Shown: positions 29,207-38,222, counted from the stretch's first letter. The stretch: DNA of 64,000 bases from an uncultured Alphaproteobacteria bacterium (GCA_902523675.1 CABZAL010000004.1:715-64714); one strand, 5' to 3'. The notes: a model not told the origin generated them from the sequence alone. Numbers and translations: made by a program.

Positions 29207-32200
29207 CTAACTATTTACAACTAAATCTGAAAGTATTTGATTGCAAAAGAGTTCTTCGTAATCTGGTATTTTATGCATCGCTGTAATATTTTTTCTATCT
29301 TGGTGGATAATCCATCCGTAAGTACTCAAACTTTCCATACCTAAAACATTTCTTAAAGTTAAAGCTTTTTTGAAATCATTCAATCTTTTATTAGCTATCA
29401 TAACGGCAAGTTCTTTGTCGGAATAATGGGAGATTGCCTCTCTCGAATGTTTTAGTAAACTATTCATTAGTTTGAAATCTTCAGTTAATATTAAGTTTTG
29501 AACAACCTCATTTATTTCAAGATCACTAACTTGATTTTCGGTCTTAGAGTTTTTCAATGCAATTTTTTGCGCAGAATCAAGGACCATCCAATTATTTAGA
29601 AGTTCATATTTTTTAATAGAATTACTTTGTTTTTTTCTTGGCACTTCTCCCATTAAAATTTTTTCTCCCTTGCGCCAAGCTTTTTTGAATTTTTCAATTT
29701 GAAACACAGACATAGCTTCAGAAAGTTCTTCAATTAAATCTTTTCTTGTCTTACTTTCTAAAATACTTTCATAATCTTGATACTGTAAAAATGCTTTTGG
29801 AGTAATTATAGCCATATTGTACTTTTCAACTGACCAATTTTTTAATATATATTTTACTTTTTTTGAATCAGTAGCATACAAATGCCAATTTAAAAGATTA
29901 AAAATTGTGTCTTCGTGCATTCTAGATATTTCTGATTTCTTGTTGAGATAATTTAAAAACACTGATTCTTTACTTATGTTATCGCCAAGTAACCTAAGGG
30001 GATCATATTGATAAGCAAAACCACCAGACATTCCATTCCCGAAACCCCTTGAAAATTTTCCTAAATTTAGAATCGTCCCGTTTGTCATATATTCAGCACA
30101 ATATTCTCCAACACCCTCGATTACAGAGACTGCTCCAGAATTCCTTACAGCAAATCTGTCGCCGGCTTGTCCCTCAACAAACAGTTTACCTCCTGTAGAT
30201 CCAAACAGAGCAAAGTTTCCTATTAACACTTGTCTGCCTTTATCTTTTGAATTAATGCATGGATTTTTAATAATGATCTCTCCACCACAAGATGATTTCC
30301 CGACACCATCATTACATGTGCCAGTATGAATTAACTTCATACCATTATTACAAAATGCTCCAAATGATTGACCAGCTGATCCTTTTGTTTGAATTGTAAT
30401 TGTATCTTTGTCTAAAAAATTTCTTCCTGTTTTAGATTTAAAAACGCAATTGAATTTAAGCTTGGCTTTTTCATGATTTATTAATCTTTCAATATCAATT
30501 GAAAGCTGTCCGCCAAAAGTTTTGTTTCTGTTACTTAGAGTCAGGCCTTTACCTAAATCTATATTTCTAGAATTTTTAGAAAATAAGTTTTTCTTTACTA
30601 GATTATAAAATTTATCGTCAATGGAAAAATCTTTTTCTAAATAAATTGGACTCTTAACTTTTTTGGTTTTAATTTCTTTTAACATGTCCCGCAAATCAAC
30701 TTCACCAACTGTTGAACTTGAATTCGTCAAATGAAGAAGATTTGTATGTCCTCTTATTTTTTTTAGAGATTTGAAACCAATTTTTGCCAATATTTCTCGC
30801 ACTTCATGGGCCACGTTTAAATAAAACTGAGCAAGTGCTCTAGCGTCTCCGTTGAAGACTTCAGCATTTGTAGTAAGACCTGCTGGACATTTAATGTTAC
30901 AATTTTTAGCCATAACACATTTCATCATCATCATTGCAGTAGTACCAAACTCAAAACTATCAGCACCCAGTATTGCAGATTTAATTACATCACTTCCCGT
31001 CTGATGGGCACCAGAACACCTTAGTAAAACTTTTTCTCGTAAATTATTAGCACATAAAGCCTGATGAACTTCACTCAATCCAATCTCAACTGCACGTCCT
31101 GCATACTTAAGAGAAGTAACGTTTGCCGCACCTGTACCCCCAGTATTCCCAGCGATATTTATTACATCGGCTCCAGCTTTTGCTACACCAACCGCAATCG
31201 TTCCAATCCCTACAGAGGATACTAACTTTACAATAACTCGTACCTTCGCTGCTTTTGCATCATGAATAAGTTGAGCCAGATCTTCTATTGAATATGTATC
31301 ATGATGAGGAGGGGGTGAGACTAATTCAACTCCAGGTGTTCCATTTCGAGCAGCCGCAATTTCGACATTTACCTTAGCAGCTGGCAGTTGTCCACCTTCT
31401 CCAGGTTTTGCACCCTGTGCTATTTTTATTTCAATTTCTTCTAGCATTGGATCTGCTAAATATCCCGCCCATACACCGAAACGTCCTGATGCCAACTGTT
31501 TTATTTTAGATGCTCTAATAGTTCCATATCTTGACATATGTTCTCCACCCTCACCACTATTCGAAAAAGCACCAACCATATTAGTTCCATGAGCAATTGC
31601 TTCATGTGCTGATGAGACTAAAGCCCCGTGACTCATTGCACCCGATGTAAAGGTTTTTGTAATTTCGCTTGCCCTCTGAACTTGTTTCAAATTAATTGGG
31701 TCTGATGAAGAAAGAATTTTAGATAAAAATTCTTGAGCATCTGAGTTGGCTTCCAATAAAATATTTTTTTCACTGACTTCTTTTATTTTTATTTTTCTTT
31801 TAAACACTCCTTGAAGTGCCTTTGAAAACTCTAAATGCTTAGAATATTTCTTATGAACTTCGCATTTTAAACTCAGTGAAAAAAAATTATGTTTATTACT
31901 AATGACTAAATTTTGAAATAAAAAATTATTGTTTCCTTTTTTTGAGAAAAGTTTTATTTTTCCCAAAAAGTCATCTCTTGTTTCCAACTTTCCAAGATCA
32001 ATAGGAAATGATAAGATATCTCTCAAAGCAACTGGTCTTAATTCCCTTTCATTTTTTAACATTTTAGAAAATGAACGATAACCGGGTGTTACTTTGAATT
32101 TATTAATTTGCTGATTGTTTAGTTTTTCGAAGTTAGTATTCTTAAAATCTTTGTCACTTAGGCCAAATGAGTTGTACATCTTATTAAGAGTTAATAAACG

Positions 32201-34663
32201 CATATTCTCTTGATGGTCTTCAAGTTTATTTCTCTTAAAAAAAATCTTCTCGTCAGTCATTTCTAGAAACCCTCTTACAGCAGTTAATCCATACGAGTGT
32301 CCAGCTCCTTCTGCTCTTTCCTTAAATAATCCAACTATAGGAATTTCAGATTCGTCAGAGACTTCTTTTGATTTGGAATGCCAATTTACTATACTTTGAG
32401 CTATGTCAGAAAAACCAACACCACCAACAGGTGAGGAAATATTTGGAAAAAACTGTTTTAAAGTTAGATCATTAGTGTTTAAAAAATTGGATTCGAAAAA
32501 TTCTCCACCTGAATAGCTTTCAACAGTGCAAAGTCCAACTTTTCCCATAATTTTCATAAGAGACTTTTCACAGGCCTTTTTAAAGTTTTCTTGTGATTTT
32601 TGTTTATTTTTGTGGAATTTATCATTACTTCTCATTTCAGAACAAATAGAATAAACTGCAGAACCACCAAATCCAAGTGCACATGCTACATGGTGTGGAG
32701 AAGAAATCTGTCCACTTTCAACAATTATTGATGTTTTAAATCTTAACCCAGCTGAAATTAAACTTTGATTGATAGCTGAGACAGTCAATATCATTGGAAT
32801 CGCCGCGCGCTTTGAACTTACACTTCTATCACTCAACACTACAATCCCACCACCTGAAGATACAAAATTGTTAACCTTTTGTGATAATTTTTTTAATGCA
32901 ATCACAAGAGCTTTTTCATTTTCTTTAGAATTTTTGTAATTTGGTTTATATGTAAAATCAAAGCACTCTATAGGTAGTAGTTTTTGATTTTTTAATACGT
33001 TTAAGTCCTTTTCTAGAAGAATGGGCGAATCCAAAACAATTTGAGGAACCATATCTGTTTTTAAATTAACTTTGGGACCCAGTGCCATTCGCAATGTCAT
33101 TCCATCCGACTCTCTGATTGGATCTAATGGGGGGTTCGTAACTTGAGAAAACCTATGGGAAAAAAATTTGGCCATCCCCCCTTCCGACTCGGACAATGCA
33201 TTTATTGCATTTCCATATCCCATAGCTGAAACTTTTTCTACACCGTTTTCTAGTATAGGATCAATTAAAAATTTTAAACTTTCTTGGTTTTGGTAATAAG
33301 CAACATATCTTCCTGCATTTACTAAATCTGCTTCATAGTTTTCAAAAGTTGCCGACTCGTTTATGTTAATATCAGATAATTTTATGGCATGCTTTTTTAA
33401 CAATTCTATATAGTCTCTTTTTTTTGCAAGCATAGAATATGTATCGCCTGTATCAAATAGTTTCTTTTTTTCGTGATCATAATAAAAAATCCCACCAGCT
33501 TCTATTCTACCTCTTTTAACAACACTGGATTCTGGAAAATTAATTTGACCAGCTTCTGACATAACTGAAACATATTTATGAGTTTCAACTGTTCTTAAGG
33601 GGCGTAACCCAAGTCTATCTAAGCAAGCACCAATAATTACACCGTCTCCAAAAATCACAGCCGCTGGTCCATCATTTTTCTCTTCATATAAGGAAAAAAA
33701 CTCAAACATAGATCTTATTTTTTTTGATAACTTTTTATTATTCTCCCATGCTGGTGGCATCATACAAACTATTGCTGACACAATATCTAAATCTTCTTCA
33801 GCAATTCGATTTTTTAAAGTCTGGTCAAACCGACAACTATCAGATTGTCCTGCTGGTCTTACGATATTTTTTTGCCTTGCTTTAAAAATAGCGTTTTCTG
33901 ATAATCTATTTTTATTATCAGTATTAAGTTCTCCATTATGCGCCATCATCCTAAATGGTTGTGCCATAGAAGGGTGTGGATCGGTATTAGTTGAAAATCT
34001 TGTATGAAAATATAGAGAATGAATCTTTTGATTTTTATTTTGTAGATCTAAAAAATAAGGAATTAATTCATTGGAATTAAGTCTGCCCTTTAAAACTTGA
34101 ACTTTTGTTGAAAGTGATAATGGATATAGTCCTTGCAATTTTTTTGATTGAAAAGCAATCTGCTCTATATCAAGAAGTGCCTCATGAGTAACACCTTCGA
34201 CATCTGAGGAATTTAAATTTATGGGTGTTTCAAAAATCCATTGTTTTATTAAAAGTTGTACATTTCTTGAAGCTGGAGTTAAACATTTATAATTAACAGG
34301 AATCATTCTTGACATGATTAGTTTCATACCTTTATTTTTTAAGGTATTTTCAATTAGATCTTGAGCATCAGAATGATATCTCTTTTGGTCGGGAAGAAAA
34401 AAGTTTCCAACACAAAATTTTTCAGGTTTAAGTTTTTTCGATGTGATCTCTCTAAAAAAATTTGTAGATAGGTCAATACAAATACCAGCTCCGTCGCCAA
34501 CACCTTCTGAAGACATACCTCCTCTATGAGGTACTGAACATAGTGCTTCATGTGCATATTTCAAAATTTTATGAGATTGTTTTCCATCTTTTCGTGTCAA
34601 GAATCCAACCCCACAACTACTTTTTTCTATGCTATCATCATATAGTCCAAACTTCTTTTTCAT
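29207..34663 (-). CDS. gltB: glutamate synthase large-subunit-like protein, oversized (1818 aa)
   Basis: It carries SSCGVGF, HTRFSTNT and AHNGELNT (Ntn amidotransferase domain). It carries GAMSHGAL, SNSGEGGE, ASGRFGV, KIAQGAKPGEGGQLP and SPPPHHDTYSIEDL (FMN domain). It has the cysteine cluster KCVMAKNCNIKCPAG, and GSAGQSFGAF and GDRFAVRNSGA (GXGXG domain). Confidence 0.85.
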   Translation of the reverse strand: MKKKFGLYDDSIEKSSCGVGFLTRKDGKQSHKILKYAHEALCSVPHRGGMSSEGVGDGAGICIDLSTNFFREITSKKLKPEKFCVGNFFLPDQKRYHSDAQDLIENTLKNKGMKLIMSRMIPVNYKCLTPASRNVQLLIKQWIFETPINLNSSDVEGVTHEALLDIEQIAFQSKKLQGLYPLSLSTKVQVLKGRLNSNELIPYFLDLQNKNQKIHSLYFHTRFSTNTDPHPSMAQPFRMMAHNGELNTDNKNRLSENAIFKARQKNIVRPAGQSDSCRFDQTLKNRIAEEDLDIVSAIVCMMPPAWENNKKLSKKIRSMFEFFSLYEEKNDGPAAVIFGDGVIIGACLDRLGLRPLRTVETHKYVSVMSEAGQINFPESSVVKRGRIEAGGIFYYDHEKKKLFDTGDTYSMLAKKRDYIELLKKHAIKLSDININESATFENYEADLVNAGRYVAYYQNQESLKFLIDPILENGVEKVSAMGYGNAINALSESEGGMAKFFSHRFSQVTNPPLDPIRESDGMTLRMALGPKVNLKTDMVPQIVLDSPILLEKDLNVLKNQKLLPIECFDFTYKPNYKNSKENEKALVIALKKLSQKVNNFVSSGGGIVVLSDRSVSSKRAAIPMILTVSAINQSLISAGLRFKTSIIVESGQISSPHHVACALGFGGSAVYSICSEMRSNDKFHKNKQKSQENFKKACEKSLMKIMGKVGLCTVESYSGGEFFESNFLNTNDLTLKQFFPNISSPVGGVGFSDIAQSIVNWHSKSKEVSDESEIPIVGLFKERAEGAGHSYGLTAVRGFLEMTDEKIFFKRNKLEDHQENMRLLTLNKMYNSFGLSDKDFKNTNFEKLNNQQINKFKVTPGYRSFSKMLKNERELRPVALRDILSFPIDLGKLETRDDFLGKIKLFSKKGNNNFLFQNLVISNKHNFFSLSLKCEVHKKYSKHLEFSKALQGVFKRKIKIKEVSEKNILLEANSDAQEFLSKILSSSDPINLKQVQRASEITKTFTSGAMSHGALVSSAHEAIAHGTNMVGAFSNSGEGGEHMSRYGTIRASKIKQLASGRFGVWAGYLADPMLEEIEIKIAQGAKPGEGGQLPAAKVNVEIAAARNGTPGVELVSPPPHHDTYSIEDLAQLIHDAKAAKVRVIVKLVSSVGIGTIAVGVAKAGADVINIAGNTGGTGAANVTSLKYAGRAVEIGLSEVHQALCANNLREKVLLRCSGAHQTGSDVIKSAILGADSFEFGTTAMMMMKCVMAKNCNIKCPAGLTTNAEVFNGDARALAQFYLNVAHEVREILAKIGFKSLKKIRGHTNLLHLTNSSSTVGEVDLRDMLKEIKTKKVKSPIYLEKDFSIDDKFYNLVKKNLFSKNSRNIDLGKGLTLSNRNKTFGGQLSIDIERLINHEKAKLKFNCVFKSKTGRNFLDKDTITIQTKGSAGQSFGAFCNNGMKLIHTGTCNDGVGKSSCGGEIIIKNPCINSKDKGRQVLIGNFALFGSTGGKLFVEGQAGDRFAVRNSGAVSVIEGVGEYCAEYMTNGTILNLGKFSRGFGNGMSGGFAYQYDPLRLLGDNISKESVFLNYLNKKSEISRMHEDTIFNLLNWHLYATDSKKVKYILKNWSVEKYNMAIITPKAFLQYQDYESILESKTRKDLIEELSEAMSVFQIEKFKKAWRKGEKILMGEVPRKKQSNSIKKYELLNNWMVLDSAQKIALKNSKTENQVSDLEINEVVQNLILTEDFKLMNSLLKHSREAISHYSDKELAVMIANKRLNDFKKALTLRNVLGMESLSTYGWIIHQDRKNITAMHKIPDYEELFCNQILSDLVVNS

Positions 34664-34787
34664 TTATCTATTTTAATCCCATTGTACTATATATTATTTA
34701 ATATTTTGCTATAAAACATCAATGGTCATCATTTTTTATTTTTTTTTGAAAAAATTATTCAAATTTCAATTTTCTCATAAAATTTGC

Positions 34788-35444
34788 CTAGTTGTCAATA
34801 ATCATGGTCTTATCATATGATATCTTTCCCATAGTTTCTGAATCTGATGTTTCTTCTCTGATATATTTAACAATTCCAAAATCTCTAGAATACCAAGTTT
34901 CTATTGAAACTTCTATTTTTATATTGCTTAAGGGGGGGCCAGGATTAAAACTAGTCATTCCACGACTTGATATTTTTATACAATTTTTGATCTTTTTTCC
35001 ATTTATTGAAACGGTATCATTTGTTTTTTCAATTATGTTTTCTAACTCCAATGGCAAATTAGTGTTATAAACTCTGTCATATCCTAATTTCATTTGCAAA
35101 GTTGTTTTATCATTGGTTTTCCATTTTGTTCCAACTTCAACAGGAAATGCCAAGACAATTTTTGAAATACTATTATTTAAAGTTTTTTTTATTATCCCAT
35201 TTTCATTTTGTGAAAAAAAAAATACCTCTCCATCATTTTTTAAAACAGGTAATAGATTATTTGAAATAGATAAAAAAGATAAACTCTGTCTGTAAACATT
35301 TCGTTTGTTTTCTTTATCCAGAAAAATAACCTCATAAAAGAGTGTTTTTCCTTGAGATTTTTCCAAAAAACTCATCTCACTCTTACATGAAAGAATAAAG
35401 AAAAAAATCAAAATAAATGAATTATAAAATATTTTACTCTGCAT
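34788..35444 (-). CDS. hypothetical lipoprotein
   Basis: 218 aa with a signal peptide ending in a lipobox-like FILSC. Confidence 0.4.
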   Translation of the reverse strand: MQSKIFYNSFILIFFFILSCKSEMSFLEKSQGKTLFYEVIFLDKENKRNVYRQSLSFLSISNNLLPVLKNDGEVFFFSQNENGIIKKTLNNSISKIVLAFPVEVGTKWKTNDKTTLQMKLGYDRVYNTNLPLELENIIEKTNDTVSINGKKIKNCIKISSRGMTSFNPGPPLSNIKIEVSIETWYSRDFGIVKYIREETSDSETMGKISYDKTMIIDN

Positions 35445-35449
35445 ATTTA

Positions 35450-36058
35450 CTAAAACATTTCCTCTTTTACTAATTCAGATAGACCCAATTTGTATTCTAA
35501 AGCATTGCACAACATTTGACCTATGAGTATATGTGCCTCTTGAATTCTGGAAGTATTCTTAGCCGGAACGGAAATGATTTCATCGGTAAATTTTTTGATT
35601 AATTCTGTATTTCTTCCGGTGAAAATTATTGTCTTCATCTGATTCTCTTTTGCATATTCAAGAGCTCTAATAACGTTTTTACTTTTTCCAGATGTAGAAA
35701 TTCCAATTACAACATCATCTTTCTGACCCAGTGCCTCAAGTTGTCTAGAAAATAAAAATTCAAATCCCAAATCATTGCCTATAGCAGTTAGTGTCGAGGT
35801 ATCGGTAGAAAGGGATAAAGCTGGAATTGCTTTTCTAGTTTTATTAAATCTCACTGTCAATTCAGTAGACAGATGTTGCGCATCTGAAGCACTACCTCCA
35901 TTGCCAAAAAAGATTATTTTTCTTCTTTTTTTTATGGCTTTAAAACATATGCCCACTATGTTTAAAAAGCTTTCTTGTGCATCGATCTTAAGTTTTTTAA
36001 TAACTAATTCGTGTTCAGTTATCTGTGTTTGAAAAAAGTCTTTCAAGTTTTTGTTCAT
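35450..36058 (-). CDS. gmhA: SIS-domain protein, phosphoheptose isomerase (GmhA/DiaA-like)
   Basis: 202 aa with FGNGGSASDAQHLSTEL and ISTSGKS motifs. Confidence 0.75.
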   Translation of the reverse strand: MNKNLKDFFQTQITEHELVIKKLKIDAQESFLNIVGICFKAIKKRRKIIFFGNGGSASDAQHLSTELTVRFNKTRKAIPALSLSTDTSTLTAIGNDLGFEFLFSRQLEALGQKDDVVIGISTSGKSKNVIRALEYAKENQMKTIIFTGRNTELIKKFTDEIISVPAKNTSRIQEAHILIGQMLCNALEYKLGLSELVKEEMF

Positions 36059-36074
36059 GCAAACCCTGTTTATT

Positions 36075-36150
36075 TGGCGATCTTATCTGGACTTGAACCA
36101 GAAACTAATCCTTAGGAGGGACTTGTTATATCCAATTTAACTATAAGACC
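36075..36150 (-). tRNA. tRNA-Arg (anticodon CCT)
   Basis: Hand-folded from the reverse complement. The acceptor stem is GGTCTTA/TAAGATC, the anticodon stem is AGTCC/GGATT with loop CTCCTAA, the T-arm is TCTGG-TTCAAGT-CCAGA, and the 3-prime end is GCCA. Confidence 0.9.
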
Positions 36151-36182
36151 ATAGTTTATATAAAACAGAAAAAAATTTAAAG

Positions 36183-36698
36183 TCAAAACGGAATTTGATA
36201 TTTGAGCACCAGAGTTTCTGAGCCTGGGTTTCTATATCCACTGTCAGCATTGGATATATGAAATATTCCTGCTCCTAAACGAACATTATTTTTGAATCTA
36301 TAAAATAAATCAATGCCAATATAAAATTCCATATGATTTCCAGCTTTTATTTCACTGCCATCTTTGTAATATCCACATGCAACACTGGGCGTTAGGATAA
36401 TATTTTTTTTCTTTGTGTAGTAACCATCAATTCCAAAACCTCCATAAGCATAATAAGTTCCGGCAGAAGTTCCCAAAAATCCCAAAAAAGGTTTAATTAT
36501 GTTGAATACTTTTTTTCCACTATGTACTTCTAAATTTAACATCTCTGAAGTTTTGTTATAAGGGCCAGTTCCATCCTCCATAAAATTGAATTGTCCGACT
36601 CCAACTGAAATTCTATGATTATTGTCTTTTGATTTTAAAGGAGAAGAAAAAAGAAAAATAAATAAAAAAAGTAAATTTTTCATAAAGCTATTTATCAT
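36183..36698 (-). CDS. PagL-like lipid A deacylase / acyloxyacyl hydrolase outer-membrane barrel
   Basis: 171 aa with a signal peptide. FHISNADSGYRNPGSE gives an H-x-S...E spacing consistent with the PagL His-Ser-Glu triad as I recall it. Confidence 0.65.
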   Translation of the reverse strand: MINSFMKNLLFLFIFLFSSPLKSKDNNHRISVGVGQFNFMEDGTGPYNKTSEMLNLEVHSGKKVFNIIKPFLGFLGTSAGTYYAYGGFGIDGYYTKKKNIILTPSVACGYYKDGSEIKAGNHMEFYIGIDLFYRFKNNVRLGAGIFHISNADSGYRNPGSETLVLKYQIPF

Positions 36699-37204
36699 CT
36701 GCTGAGTGGTATTTGATATTTAAATATTATTTGTTCTGATCCAGGGTTCCTGTATCCCAAACCTGCATTAGAAATATGAAAAACTCCTAACCCTACTCTA
36801 ACATTGTTTCTAAATCTGTAAGTAACATCTCCACCGCTTCTAAATTCCATTGTATGGCCGAGTCGAATATCATCTCCATCTGAATATGTGCCAACCGCCA
36901 AACTGGGAGTCAATACAACACACTTACATTTTAAAAAGTATAAATCACTGCTTAATCCAAAATATCCATAATATGCTGATTCTGTTGTTCCTAAGAAACC
37001 TATTAACGGCTTCAAAAAATTAAAATATTTTCTTCCAGAAAATAATTCTACATTGTATCCTGTAGAAGATGAATTAAATGGCTTGCTTCCATGTTCCAAA
37101 AAATTGTAAATTCCAGATCCGATAGACAATTTAGGATTTTGATCTTTTGAAGCTAGTCTATCTACAGGGATTAATAACAAAATTATTAAAAAAAAAAAAA
37201 TCAT
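36695..37204 (-). CDS. PagL-like lipid A deacylase / acyloxyacyl hydrolase (tandem paralog)
   Basis: 169 aa with VFHISNAGLGYRNPGSE. It overlaps the downstream paralog by 4 nt. Confidence 0.65.
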   Translation of the reverse strand: MIFFFLIILLLIPVDRLASKDQNPKLSIGSGIYNFLEHGSKPFNSSSTGYNVELFSGRKYFNFLKPLIGFLGTTESAYYGYFGLSSDLYFLKCKCVVLTPSLAVGTYSDGDDIRLGHTMEFRSGGDVTYRFRNNVRVGLGVFHISNAGLGYRNPGSEQIIFKYQIPLSR

Positions 37205-37259
37205 ATATAAATGTTAATTATGCATTAAAATCTAGTCAACTAAAGTATCACATAATTTA

Positions 37260-38222
37260 ATGCTAGTACCAAAAAAATTAAAACTAATTTTTATTTTTTT
37301 TCTTTCATCATTTCTTTTGAGTTGTCAAAATAATAGTAAACTTGAACAAATCGAATTTGGTAGCCATGAGTATTTTCTGAATGAGTTCGGTGGAATTTAT
37401 GAAAATTCAATATTACAAAATTATATTACAACTATTGGCAAACTTATTTCAAATTCAATGAAATTGAACGAACATAATTTAAATTTTTATGTTTTAAATT
37501 CCCCCACTTTGAATATTTTTTCAGCAAACAAAAAAAATATTTATATTACTAGAGGAATAATTATTTTGTGTAATAATGAATCAGAGTTAGCTAGTCTGTT
37601 AGCTCACCAACTGGGTCATATTAAAGCAAATCATGATCCAACACACAAAAAAAATTATATTTCATGGAATAAAGATATATCAAAATATACTGAAACTAAA
37701 AATAAAAAGGATTCAATCAACGCACCGTTAAAAATTAGACTTCCATACTATAATCATTTTCAGGAAAACGAGGCAAACAAAATTAGTGTTGATGCTCTCA
37801 ATAAAATAAGTTTTAGCTTTAATGATTATATAGAAATTAATAAATCAGTTAAAAAGCTTTTAAAATATAAGAGCAGTCTATATTCTTGGAAAAATATGAA
37901 ATACGACGTTGAAAATGTTCATCCTTCATCAATGAAAGACTTAAAAAAACTCTTCGATAAATTTGAAGGAAAAAGGCAAAAAAATCCAATAAAAGGTAGA
38001 TATTATTTTTTGAAAAAAATAGATGGTACTATTTTTGGGAATTTCAATGAAAACAAAATAATAGTAAAGTCTCTGAAGAAAAAAGAGAGATTTAATGATT
38101 TCACACAAAGGAATGGCATAACTAAAAAAAAATCAAAAGAACTGTTTATGATTTTGAATGGTTTGACACAGAGGGAATTTACTTCTAAAAAAAAATTAAA
38201 AATAATTAAAGGAATAGATTAA
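37260..38222 (+). CDS. M48-like metallopeptidase-family lipoprotein with HQxxH in place of HExxH
   Basis: 320 aa with the lipobox LLSC. LASLLAHQLGHIKANH is collinear with the M48 HExxH helix. Confidence 0.55.
   Translation: MLVPKKLKLIFIFFLSSFLLSCQNNSKLEQIEFGSHEYFLNEFGGIYENSILQNYITTIGKLISNSMKLNEHNLNFYVLNSPTLNIFSANKKNIYITRGIIILCNNESELASLLAHQLGHIKANHDPTHKKNYISWNKDISKYTETKNKKDSINAPLKIRLPYYNHFQENEANKISVDALNKISFSFNDYIEINKSVKKLLKYKSSLYSWKNMKYDVENVHPSSMKDLKKLFDKFEGKRQKNPIKGRYYFLKKIDGTIFGNFNENKIIVKSLKKKERFNDFTQRNGITKKKSKELFMILNGLTQREFTSKKKLKIIKGID

Noticed and set aside
34664-34787. A possible riboswitch or leader upstream of the GltB-like gene, and similarly in the other gaps over 100 nt (1254..1399, 17733..17833, 19305..19409).
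   Set aside because: The sequences are almost pure A/T with no conserved-looking G/C-containing helices. I could not support any structured RNA by eye.
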